This document shows, in pieces, positions 27,704 to 36,954 of a stretch of 64,000 nt of DNA. The notes below the pieces were generated by a model. The model made no database searches and had not been told where the DNA came from. It worked only from the letters and a program-made list of their open reading frames with translations. Source of the stretch: Fibrobacteria bacterium (GTDB lineage: Bacteria > Fibrobacterota > Fibrobacteria > UBA11236 > JADFYW01). A program made the position numbers and the translations under genes. The stretch is from NCBI GenBank assembly GCA_050294405.1, contig JBNKOC010000016.1, positions 32,001 to 96,000 on the forward strand, written 5' to 3'. Each line of letters starts with the position of its first letter. Within the stretch, counting starts at the first letter, position 1.

Positions 27704-27732
27704 TTGGTAGAAACTGGTTAAGGGATGGTTCA
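27704..27732 (-). promoter_or_regulatory. ECF-type promoter variant TGAACCA-N17-ACCAA
   Basis: Minus strand reads TGAACCATCCCTTAACCAGTTTCTACCAAATTTTCATT-ATG. Confidence 0.55.
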
Positions 27733-27767
27733 GACTAAGACCATCCAAAAGATAGTATACAGCCCTT

Positions 27768-29570
27768 TTAAGGAGTATGAGAAATAATTAAGGGGCTTTG
27801 GCCTGGTTTTTGGATTTGGTAATCCATATATATTTGCTGCTGGGAAAGCGTTCCATAGTAAATACGAACCTCATCCAGCATACCCAAATAGGAACTTTTC
27901 AAAACTCCCTGACGCTCCCAGTCTCCCAGATAATCAAATCCCAGTTTCCAGAAGCCCATAAAGTTTTCTCCCCGTTTTACATCGGGCTTTTCATCCACCA
28001 AAATCCCATCCACGAAGAGCCTGGCTCCCAATTCGGGGGACAGGCTGGCTACCACAAAATGCCAGCTTCCATCATTGTAACCTTCGCCGGATTTTATAAT
28101 ACGGCGGATTCCAGGGTAGCTGGGGTCTTCTGCTTCGCTGGGCAGGTTTTCCAGATTGGGATAATCTCCCAGATTAATGTATCCGGAATCCTCTTCTGCG
28201 ATATAATCCTCTTCCGATATTTTTGGAAAGACGCCAAAATGAATACTGCCAACAGAGTCTATGTATATATGCCTGTCCCGTTGAATAGAGTTTTCAGATG
28301 CTGAGCTGGAAAAGCCAATGATTCTACCTGATTGTTCGGCCTCGGTTTTAAACCAAAGAGAAATGCTAAAATTATTTGGGGCGCTGTCCAGCTTATTGCT
28401 GTAGATAAATTGATAATCTTCTGTAAACTGAACGCCCTTGTAAAAAGCTGTCATTTCAGAACGGGCATTTCCCAGGTTATCAGAAGCGCTACCGTGGTTT
28501 TCATTATCGCTGGCATCTCTAAAGTTATTTTCATCCAGGCTAATCTCTTGGTTTAAGTGGTATACCGCAAAATATCCCTCTTCTTTAGAAAAAACTTTGT
28601 CCTCAAATAGGAATGGGGGACTGCCTGGATTTCCCCAATACATCTGAATATATTGATTTTCATTTTGCGCCTGAAGCTTATCCAGTAAGAGCCATATATC
28701 CGCAGTTTCCCCGGCGGGATCCCAGTTTTCGATTTCAAAGGGGATTAGCTTTCCATAGGCATCGGCAAAGCGCAGGTCTTCGGCCTCATTTCTGGCCTCC
28801 CCAAAATTAAAATCCAGGGAGTTTAAGTGTAAAAACAGGGGATAATTCGCAACATCTTCCGATAAATTGAGCCCTCTTGCCGATGTATTTAAAGTGATGC
28901 GGGCTTTGTATTTCCAAAGGCTTAAATCTCCGCTCCAAAGGGTATCGTTTTCCCGGACTTCCAAAGTCTGCGCTAAAGTAACAGCTTCTTCATTTTCTTT
29001 TCCCTGAGGAAGATAAACCACGCTGTCATAAATTCCGATAGGCAGTGAAGACAGAAAAATGGACTGGCTGCTCACTTCTGCGCTGTCCAAAAGCTTGGCT
29101 ACTGGGGTTCCGGGAATGGCTATCCGGCTTTGGTGGCTAAGTTTATTTTGAGATATTTGCAGATGTATATCTCCCGTCGGTTTTAAAATTCTTTGCCCAA
29201 GTTCATAGCTTCCAAGTCCGGTGTTTATTTTTTTTATGTATAGCTTCTTTTTGCTGCCTTTGTGTTCCAGCCAGAAGTTATAAACCATGTTTCGACCCAG
29301 CTTAATGCGAAATTCGCCGTCATCATCGCTGGTAGTGCGTAGGGAGTCTGCAATTGGTTCTTCTTCAGTTGCAATGTATCCTTCCGGCAGAGCGTATACC
29401 GAAACTTTTGCCAAGGGTTTTCCGCTTTCATCTGTGGCAAAGCCGGTAACCGCGCTATTTCCGTCCTCTGTTCCGCCGCCAACTACCTGAATGGTGTTGT
29501 TTTCGCTGCAGGAAAGAAAACTAAGGGAAGATGATAATACAGCTAGGTATAAAAGAAAAAAGCGCAACAT
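27768..29570 (-). CDS. Lipoprotein with carboxypeptidase-regulatory-like, DUF2341 and LamG domains (paralog of 9703..11430)
   Basis: Lipobox FLSC; FNFGEARNEAEDLRF..IPFEIENWD; FSISLWFKT, DGSWHFVVA and LGMLDEVRIY. Confidence 0.82.
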   Translation of the reverse strand: MLRFFLLYLAVLSSSLSFLSCSENNTIQVVGGGTEDGNSAVTGFATDESGKPLAKVSVYALPEGYIATEEEPIADSLRTTSDDDGEFRIKLGRNMVYNFWLEHKGSKKKLYIKKINTGLGSYELGQRILKPTGDIHLQISQNKLSHQSRIAIPGTPVAKLLDSAEVSSQSIFLSSLPIGIYDSVVYLPQGKENEEAVTLAQTLEVRENDTLWSGDLSLWKYKARITLNTSARGLNLSEDVANYPLFLHLNSLDFNFGEARNEAEDLRFADAYGKLIPFEIENWDPAGETADIWLLLDKLQAQNENQYIQMYWGNPGSPPFLFEDKVFSKEEGYFAVYHLNQEISLDENNFRDASDNENHGSASDNLGNARSEMTAFYKGVQFTEDYQFIYSNKLDSAPNNFSISLWFKTEAEQSGRIIGFSSSASENSIQRDRHIYIDSVGSIHFGVFPKISEEDYIAEEDSGYINLGDYPNLENLPSEAEDPSYPGIRRIIKSGEGYNDGSWHFVVASLSPELGARLFVDGILVDEKPDVKRGENFMGFWKLGFDYLGDWERQGVLKSSYLGMLDEVRIYYGTLSQQQIYMDYQIQKPGQSPLIISHTP

Positions 29571-29571
29571 G

Positions 29572-30396
29572 TTATTCTTTTTCTCCCTTGCTTACGGGGA
29601 AGATTCGAAAGTCGCAGCGATATACCCGTTCCGGAGATAGGTCCTCTTCTGCAATCAGCAGCAGTTGCTTCCTAAAGTCCTGGATTTTTTGCTTCACTTC
29701 CGTAAAGCTTTTTTTAGAAAGGGTAAGAGTGATGCCCGACATATCCCTTTCTTTGGCGGGAATGGTTTTGAAGGCTTCGTTCCCTAAATTCATCATAGAC
29801 ATTTGGAATTGTGATACCAAAAAGGACTGAACCTCGTCGCCTGTGCTAATAACATTGCTAACTGGTTTGAAAAATCCGTCTTTATTTTTTTTAATGACAC
29901 CTATGGAAATAAGTTCCTCAATGGCGGCCTTGGCTTCTTTTGCCTTAATGGAGGGTAATAAACATTCTCCCAATGTTTTGTAATCCTCTCCGATGTCAAT
30001 TATATGCAAAAGCTCCCGAATAACAACATAATACCATTTTGAAAAAAGGCTAAGTTGCTTATTGGACAACTTCTTTAACTTTTTGCGTCGTAATTGATTG
30101 AGGGTTTCGTAAAAATCATTTTTCTCATCAATATCTTTGGCTCGGGCAAAATAGACCATGTACTTAAGATATTCCGCTTGAGAAGAATTGAGTTTCAATA
30201 TTTCAGATAAATCTTTAACCTGTTGGATGGTAAAGTTCTGTTTGCCGGATAAAACATTGGCTAAAAAGCCGGAAGATGAAATACCCATTTCCTTTAAAAT
30301 GGAACGCTGGGTAATTTTAAGCCCGCGTTTTTTTTGATCTTCCAAAAACTCTTTAATAAAAAGTCTGTAGTCAGCGTAATTAAAAATATCCACCAT
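29572..30396 (-). CDS. TIGR02147 family protein (HTH + DUF4423)
   Basis: IFNYADYRLFI, SSSGFLANVLSGKQN, KWYYVVIREL, ERDMSGITL and VYRCDFRIFPVS. Confidence 0.9.
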   Translation of the reverse strand: MVDIFNYADYRLFIKEFLEDQKKRGLKITQRSILKEMGISSSGFLANVLSGKQNFTIQQVKDLSEILKLNSSQAEYLKYMVYFARAKDIDEKNDFYETLNQLRRKKLKKLSNKQLSLFSKWYYVVIRELLHIIDIGEDYKTLGECLLPSIKAKEAKAAIEELISIGVIKKNKDGFFKPVSNVISTGDEVQSFLVSQFQMSMMNLGNEAFKTIPAKERDMSGITLTLSKKSFTEVKQKIQDFRKQLLLIAEEDLSPERVYRCDFRIFPVSKGEKE

Positions 30397-30719
30397 GTGG
30401 CACTCTTCCCATCCCCTCTATTTATTATAATAAAAATGAAGGAAAATTATAAGCAAATTTTATGGAAATATGGGGCAATCCTTTAAAGCGATTTGTGGAT
30501 GGATAATAATAAAAACAGCATTTTTCTATTTTTTTAAAGGTATATGCCTTAAATTTTGGAAAGGTTCGGCTGTTTTAGGTAAATAATCGTAATTTAAGGG
30601 TAGACCTCAAAATACTTAAGAGAATTTTTTTTATAAGCAAATTAGCCCATATTGGCAGGATTTTAGGGTCTTTAAAGAAAGGCTGAAAAAACTACCATTT
30701 TTTATTTAGAGAGAATTTT

Positions 30720-31730
30720 ATGAATTTTACTCCCAGCCCCAATCGCTACCATAACATGATTTACAACCGTTGCGGAAATAGCGGACTTAAATTGCCGGCT
30801 CTTTCCCTGGGGCTTTGGCATAACTTCGGGGAACCCGATGTATATGAAGAGGGCAAGCAGATAGTTTTTAAAGCTTTTGATGAGGGGATTACCCATTTTG
30901 ACCTGGCCAACAATTACGGCCCCCCGGCTGGAGCAGCCGAGGAAAATTTTGGGCGAATGTTAAAAGAGGGCTTATCTGCCTATCGAAATGAATTGGTTAT
31001 TTCCACTAAAGCCGGATATTATATGTGGGAGGGTCCCTATGGGGAATGGGGTTCCCGGAAATATTTGTTATCAAGTTTAAATGATTCTCTTAAAAGAATG
31101 GGCTTGGAATATGTGGATATTTTTTATTCCCATCGGCCAGATCCGGATACTCCATTGGAAGAAACTATGGCTGCCTTGGATAGCGCTGTAAGGCAGGGGA
31201 AGGCTCTGTATGTGGGTATTTCCAATTACAATGCGGAACAAACAAAAAAGGCCTGTAAAATTTTAAAAGAACTTGGAACTCCTTGTTTAATTAACCAGCC
31301 TTCCTATTCAATTTTTAACCGTTGGGTAGAACCCGAATTAATTTCAGAACTTGAAAAAGAGAAAATTGGAGCTATTGCCTATTGTCCATTGGCCCAGGGG
31401 TTACTAACAAATAAATACATAAAAGAAATTCCCACAGGTTCCAGAGCAGCTAAAGAGCATGGTTTTTTGCAAGCTGGCAGTATTACCAAAGAGGTACGGG
31501 ATAAAATTTTAGCTTTGAATTCACTGGCCGGGGAGCGGGGGCAGAGCCTTGCGCAAATGGCCCTTTGCTGGGTGCTTCGGCTTCCCCAGATAACATCGGC
31601 CTTAATTGGTGTAAGTCGCTTAAGCCAGTTGGAAGACAATTTAAAAGCCCTTGGCAATACGGAATTTAGCAGGGAAGAACTGGAAAAAATTGATGAGATA
31701 GTTGGTTTCGAAAAAGTATCCAGCCTATAG
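30720..31730 (+). CDS. gpr: Aldo/keto reductase, L-glyceraldehyde 3-phosphate reductase (YghZ/Gpr) type
   Basis: RCGNSGLKLPALSLGLWHNFG, HFDLANNYGPP, GEWGSRKYL and YVDIFYSHRPDP. Confidence 0.9.
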   Translation: MNFTPSPNRYHNMIYNRCGNSGLKLPALSLGLWHNFGEPDVYEEGKQIVFKAFDEGITHFDLANNYGPPAGAAEENFGRMLKEGLSAYRNELVISTKAGYYMWEGPYGEWGSRKYLLSSLNDSLKRMGLEYVDIFYSHRPDPDTPLEETMAALDSAVRQGKALYVGISNYNAEQTKKACKILKELGTPCLINQPSYSIFNRWVEPELISELEKEKIGAIAYCPLAQGLLTNKYIKEIPTGSRAAKEHGFLQAGSITKEVRDKILALNSLAGERGQSLAQMALCWVLRLPQITSALIGVSRLSQLEDNLKALGNTEFSREELEKIDEIVGFEKVSSL

Positions 31731-31760
31731 AAGAAATTTTAAACTTGAGACGGATTCTTA

Positions 31761-32321
31761 TTATCTGAAATTTTGAACCATGGTCACTTTATTGCCGGAT
31801 ATAAAAAAACCACAGGCAACTTCGGAGTAGTTGCCATTTGTCATGTTCCGATAATGATCCTGTTGGTTGGCAGGGCCATCTTTTTCAGACCACATCCGCT
31901 CCAGGCAAGACTCCACACTTTTATCCAAATTGTTGAAGTCCCATTTAGGACATTCGTTTTGGGCGCGGGCCCCACAATTTTCATTATCAAATCCATAGTG
32001 GGGGGTGGAGGTTTCAAAATCAATTTTCGCATGGCTGTCGGCGCATTTTTCTCCCTTTTGCCAGCGACCTAAAGGGTTTAGGCCTTCGGTTCTTCGCAAA
32101 TCATTTATTTTGGTAACACATACATCCCGGGTTAAAAAAAGCGGATCATCCAATTCAGGCACATGGCTGTTTTCGTTATCGGGAATGCCGGGGGAATCTG
32201 TGCTCACACTGCTGGGTTCCGGGTTTCCGTTGATTTCGCAATGTGATAGGCAAAGAGCAATCAAACAGGAAGATAAAAGCGCCAGGCTGTGTTTAATAGG
32301 CAGTATCATAGGAAATACCAA
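31761..32321 (-). CDS. CAP/SCP-domain lipoprotein
   Basis: CVTKINDLRRTEGL, AQNEC and HYRNMTNGNYSEVACGF..MVQNF; lipobox LSHC. Start may be 32309. Confidence 0.8.
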   Translation of the reverse strand: MVFPMILPIKHSLALLSSCLIALCLSHCEINGNPEPSSVSTDSPGIPDNENSHVPELDDPLFLTRDVCVTKINDLRRTEGLNPLGRWQKGEKCADSHAKIDFETSTPHYGFDNENCGARAQNECPKWDFNNLDKSVESCLERMWSEKDGPANQQDHYRNMTNGNYSEVACGFFISGNKVTMVQNFR

Positions 32322-33031
32322 ACTGTGGATTCCACCCGCAAATCGGCTTTTCTATCGCCAAAGGCCCCAAAGCTAAGACCAAGGCTTCCACGCCATCGTT
32401 TGTGCCCGTAAAAAGTAAAGCTGGGAGATATATCGAAGCCAAAAAAATCGCCGAAGTCAGGTAATTGAGAGGATGCGTAAAAACCAGCCTCAAAATCAAT
32501 GCCCTTTAATAAATGCACTCCAGGGTAAAAGCCCAGCTCTGTGGCCAGAAAACCATCGGGGGCCCATACCAGGGCGTCAAACATTCCCAGGCGGGCTTGG
32601 TAGTTGGCGTAAAATGTTTTGTTAAAATTTTGTAAAAATGTGCCCGTTAATGTTATGGCATCTCCGGCGTATTGAGCCACTCCCCAAAGCGCATCCACTC
32701 CTATAACCAGGTTGGGGTGGGGGATTAACTTGGTGCCAAATACGAGATGGCGGATGTTATTGTCTTCCTCCCACCATTTGGATTTTACTCCAAAGCCCAC
32801 TTGCCATTCATCATCCAGGTGCAGCCCCACGGAAAAAGGCCCCCTTATTTTTGTATCGCTAAAAGGGGATACAAACAATGCGCCTTGAAAATAATTTCCC
32901 TTAGGGACAAAATTGCTGTGGCCGACATCGTAAGAAGCGTTATGTATGGGATTTAGAGAAAAGGAAAATGTGGTTGATAAAACCAAAACAATCAGGCTTT
33001 TGGACAATAGGTAAGAAAAGTTTTTTTTCAT
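32306..33031 (-). CDS. Hypothetical exported protein, probable outer-membrane beta-barrel
   Basis: Signal peptide followed by Gly/aromatic-rich amphipathic strands. Confidence 0.5.
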   Translation of the reverse strand: MKKNFSYLLSKSLIVLVLSTTFSFSLNPIHNASYDVGHSNFVPKGNYFQGALFVSPFSDTKIRGPFSVGLHLDDEWQVGFGVKSKWWEEDNNIRHLVFGTKLIPHPNLVIGVDALWGVAQYAGDAITLTGTFLQNFNKTFYANYQARLGMFDALVWAPDGFLATELGFYPGVHLLKGIDFEAGFYASSQLPDFGDFFGFDISPSFTFYGHKRWRGSLGLSFGAFGDRKADLRVESTVWYFL

Positions 33032-33050
33032 AATTTTTTATTGAGCTATC

Positions 33051-34598
33051 TTAGCGACCAATGCGGTCGATGTTTGGACTAGGTATATCGTTTTTTATTT
33101 CATTAAGCACATTTAGTTTTCCAATTTGGAGTGAAATCTCATCCCCATTGGTAAAAATGTTGGGGTCGATTTTAACCAACTTGGGATAAAAGTATTGGGA
33201 GTCATATTCTACGCTAAAAAAATGCGGCTTCTCGTATTCTATGAATTTTCGAATTTCCCGGAATATGCTGTTAATGTCGTAGGCGCCAAAATGCAGGCTG
33301 GTGGAAAATTTTCTGGAGCCGCCGATGGTATTGCGGACTTTGCCCCGTTCGTCAATGGCTTTATGCTTAACATCAAACAAGGTTCCATCCTGATACTGCA
33401 CCGCAAAAGGGCCCACAAAGGTAGCGCTGCAATAGCAATTCCTCTTGAGCATGTAGGAGTAGGTGGCAGGCTGGGCATTGGCCCAAAGGGTAGCCATAGA
33501 GTCCAGGGCTAACAATTCCGCTTCCCGGTCCTGGTTTTGAAAAGTTTTTTGGATTTGCCTTTTGGCCTTAATGGTATGCACTTCCAAACTATCCAGTTTG
33601 TGTTCCCAAAAAGCGGGCTTTGCCGTTGAATTGGGGGGTAAGGCTCCGCGGGGAGAAAAATCCTTGGCTAAATCAATTTTCTTAAAAATTCGATTGCGCA
33701 TAATTTGCACTTTTTTAACATGAGCCCTGAGGCTGTCCGCGCTACTGATTTGGGAAGACAGTTTTTCAATTTCCTGTTTGAGTTCCTGGTAGGCCTTCCC
33801 GATATAATGAACGATGTTACTGTCTAAATCTTTTAATCCATTTTTATTTTCCAGCCACATTCGTCTCACAATTAAAGCCTGGGCGTAATCCACCTCGCTA
33901 AACCCGGGAATATTGGCGGGCGGAGAGTAAGCAATGGTTTTAGCGCCGAGTGCGATATTTTTAAGGAGAGGGTGTAATATTTTTTTCTTAGCTGAAGATT
34001 CGTTTAAATTGGAGTCCAGAATAATTTTAATTCCTCCTCCCACAAGGGCAGTGTCTCCAAAAGCAGCCGGAAGAGTGTAGCAGAATATGTCCCCATTTAT
34101 ATTTTCACATGTGGTGTTGTAGGGGGCTAAATGGGATTCGATGTAACCGGAATTCATTTGCTTGCTTAACATAACAGCATTGGCCAACTTGCTCAGGGCC
34201 TCGGATTCATAGGCAGGGACCATATGGGCTGCGGATATTTTTTGGCCCTGAAATTTCAGCAAGGCATGATTTTTTAATGGAGTGTTGGGCTCCCATTCCC
34301 CCATGTATGCAATGGTAACTTCGGATCCGCGCAATATTAAGGTGGAATTGTATTCCGGGTGCAAAGCTTCCATGTATTGGATAATAGGAAGGGCGTGCAT
34401 GGAGTCCTGCCAGGCCAGGTTTTCGCCAATGCTTAACAGGCTGTCTTTGTTAAGGCCTTGCTTTTCAAAGGCTTCGCTGAAAAATTGGCGAATTTTAGTC
34501 CCTGGTTCTGCTGGATTTATAGCCACCACATTTTCTGCCATAATGGGATAACAAAGGGCTGCCCCCAGCAAAAAACAATTCAAAGGCAAAATTTTCAA
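33051..34598 (-). CDS. Exported protein with C-terminal DUF6174-like domain
   Basis: Signal peptide; YSYMLKRNCYC..V..G and SVEYDSQYFYP..IDP...DE pattern. Confidence 0.55.
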   Translation of the reverse strand: MKILPLNCFLLGAALCYPIMAENVVAINPAEPGTKIRQFFSEAFEKQGLNKDSLLSIGENLAWQDSMHALPIIQYMEALHPEYNSTLILRGSEVTIAYMGEWEPNTPLKNHALLKFQGQKISAAHMVPAYESEALSKLANAVMLSKQMNSGYIESHLAPYNTTCENINGDIFCYTLPAAFGDTALVGGGIKIILDSNLNESSAKKKILHPLLKNIALGAKTIAYSPPANIPGFSEVDYAQALIVRRMWLENKNGLKDLDSNIVHYIGKAYQELKQEIEKLSSQISSADSLRAHVKKVQIMRNRIFKKIDLAKDFSPRGALPPNSTAKPAFWEHKLDSLEVHTIKAKRQIQKTFQNQDREAELLALDSMATLWANAQPATYSYMLKRNCYCSATFVGPFAVQYQDGTLFDVKHKAIDERGKVRNTIGGSRKFSTSLHFGAYDINSIFREIRKFIEYEKPHFFSVEYDSQYFYPKLVKIDPNIFTNGDEISLQIGKLNVLNEIKNDIPSPNIDRIGR

Positions 34599-34665
34599 TG
34601 CAGCATCCTAAAACTTAATTCCCCTCCAAAATATAAAATAGGAGGGGGGCTTGCCTTGAGAAATC

Positions 34666-35553
34666 TTATAGGACCGAAGATTTGCGGGAATTGACTTTTA
34701 TAAAGGCAATAGCCAGTATTAAGGCTAGTAAGCCAAAAACCGCCATGGCCAAGGGCACTTTTAATTTGCTCTTTTTAGAGGAAGCCTCGGCTGGAGTTTC
34801 TTCCACCTGGGCCACGGCTTCGGAACTGTCTTTTTTTACCTCGGCCTTGGGACTTTCCTCTGGAAGGGTGCTAAAAGTGTCGGGAACAGATTCCCAATCT
34901 GTAATATTGCCGGCTTCTTTGGGCTTTTCATAAAGAATTTCCAGCTCATCGAGGCCAGCTACTACAACAGGGCGTTTGTAAAAGCTTTTTACTTCTTTCC
35001 ACTTATGGGAATAAAGGCTTTTTTTGCCAATTTTAACTAAAAAATGGATATCCGTATTTTGGCTGAATTCGTGGATTAAATCCCAAATGTCTACTTTTGC
35101 GGCAATTCCTCCGATAAAACTTCCACTGGAGGAAAGAACAGGGTGCATCCATAAAAGATAGTGCCGCCCTTCATTGCGAATCCAGGTATAGTAGGGCTCC
35201 TGCTTATTTGCCATTTGGAGAAAGCCTCTTTGATCGCTGATATCCCGGAATTTTTTTTCAGGTTCGGTTTCCTGACGCACCAGTTCATTTGCCACTACGC
35301 CTTTACTGTTAATCCTCAAAAAGGAATAAAAGGACTGCTGCTTTTTAAGCATTTTTAAAAGGTAACCTTCGCTTTTATTTAAATTAGTAGAGCGAAGGTT
35401 AGGTGACTTGGCTAAATTCTCAAAAAACTCAAGCTTTTTTGCCATAAACTCGTTTAATAATTCATCCAGGTCTTTGGCCTCTTCACTGTAGCTAAAGCAG
35501 GCTGCTACCAGTAAAAATAGGGAAAAGAATTTAAAATGAGACTTTATTTTCAT
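34666..35553 (-). CDS. Membrane-anchored Cache/PDC-like sensor-domain protein without an output domain
   Basis: Signal peptide; LRINSKGVV, RDISDQRGF..PYY and HPVLSSSGSFIGGIAAKVD; C-terminal TM helix. Confidence 0.55.
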   Translation of the reverse strand: MKIKSHFKFFSLFLLVAACFSYSEEAKDLDELLNEFMAKKLEFFENLAKSPNLRSTNLNKSEGYLLKMLKKQQSFYSFLRINSKGVVANELVRQETEPEKKFRDISDQRGFLQMANKQEPYYTWIRNEGRHYLLWMHPVLSSSGSFIGGIAAKVDIWDLIHEFSQNTDIHFLVKIGKKSLYSHKWKEVKSFYKRPVVVAGLDELEILYEKPKEAGNITDWESVPDTFSTLPEESPKAEVKKDSSEAVAQVEETPAEASSKKSKLKVPLAMAVFGLLALILAIAFIKVNSRKSSVL

Positions 35554-36017
35554 GCTGGAACCTTCCTTTTTGGATTGGAATTAATTCGATACCGGAAGTG
35601 TTTCTAAAATAGTAAAGTCGGAGCTGTTTCGAAGCGTTTTACTGGATTTTCTTGGGTCCACAAAATGGTTTGAAGAAAATGGGCCTTTAGCCCGCTCTTC
35701 CCGGGAGTTCCTATGCCAGTAAGGGGGTTACGGCAAAAGTCAGGAGATGGTAAGTGAGGTAAAATTCCCGGAAAGAGACGGAAAAAAGGCTGAGGTAAGG
35801 GGTAACCATGAAATGAAACAGAAAGCCCCAAGCTCGTTGCTGGGTAGGGGGAGGTAGTTGCCTGTGACTTTCATATTCATATCCTTAATCTATACTGAAA
35901 AATTGCCGGGGAAAAGCTTTGGAGGCGAGATTTTTAAAAGATTACATTGCTGTGACACAGCTATGACCAAAGGTACAAAAACCGGGTATTAACTGTGAAA
36001 AACAGCCTAATTTTCCG

Positions 36018-36695
36018 TTAAAATTGGCTTTTAAATTCTTCGAATTCACGCCGAAGACGAGTTAATTCTTCTTCTAATTGTTCCACTTTCTCCCGCAAAC
36101 CATCTGTTTCTTCCTTGTTTTCAGGAGTTGCAAAGCTTTCGTTTTTTTGATTAATTGAAGTGGCGCTTTCAGCAGAATTTTGAGGTTCCAAGGGAGGCTC
36201 AACATAGAGCAAATGGATGTATCTGCATTCTTTTTGGCCAGGCGCTTTGGAAAGCTGTTTTACCAGGGCCCCTGGGGTTCTTTGGGCCAATGTGTTCAAT
36301 ACATCATCTACCTCTACCACGGATTGGAACTCAAAAAGCCGACCGCTGCGTTGCTTAAGTTCGCCTGCGGTTTGGGGGCCTCGTAACATCAATAAACACA
36401 TCACCACTGCTTCTTTTTCATTTAACTTTAAGCTCGAGGAAAACAAATGTTCAAATTTTTGCGCTCGACTGGAAGCATCTCCCCGTAACATCACCAATCC
36501 CTTATTTCTCAAGTGGCTGAGGCCCTGGCTTATTTCCCCTTCGTCCAAATCCATAACCGGAAATCTGCTGGATTTTTGGTTAGCTGCTGTTTTGATGTAA
36601 TTGACTGTCATAGGATACAATTCAGGTGTTAATGTTTCTTTTTCCATCATCACCGCTAATATTCTAAGCTCAGTGTCCGTTAGTTTAAATTCCAT
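36018..36695 (-). CDS. yceH: YceH/DUF480 family protein
   Basis: ELRILAVMMEKETLTPELYPMTVN, NQKSSRFPVMDL, LMLRGPQTAGEL and PGQKECRYIHL. Confidence 0.88.
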   Translation of the reverse strand: MEFKLTDTELRILAVMMEKETLTPELYPMTVNYIKTAANQKSSRFPVMDLDEGEISQGLSHLRNKGLVMLRGDASSRAQKFEHLFSSSLKLNEKEAVVMCLLMLRGPQTAGELKQRSGRLFEFQSVVEVDDVLNTLAQRTPGALVKQLSKAPGQKECRYIHLLYVEPPLEPQNSAESATSINQKNESFATPENKEETDGLREKVEQLEEELTRLRREFEEFKSQF

Positions 36696-36954
36696 TTTTT
36701 TACCTGTTCATTAAAGGGGCATTGTGTTTTAATCGGCGAACGCCAAAGATAATTCTGCCTTCAAAATATTTTAATTAAAATCTTAACTTAATTCTCCATA
36801 AAAAACTGGCCCTCTTAGTTTTTCCGTGATATATTAGAAATACCAACTTCCTTGTTGTTAAAAGAAAGTTTCCCTCTTGGAAAAGCTTAAAACTTATTTT
36901 CAAAAGTGGAATAGGGGTTCTGGTTTTTGGAGCTGGAAAAGGAAACATTAGGGC

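Noticed and set aside
35554..36017. Small ORFs (35604..35831 and a 46-aa ORF from 35880) or an ncRNA in this long gap
   Set aside because: No recognisable motif, convincing start or RNA family signature; left unannotated.
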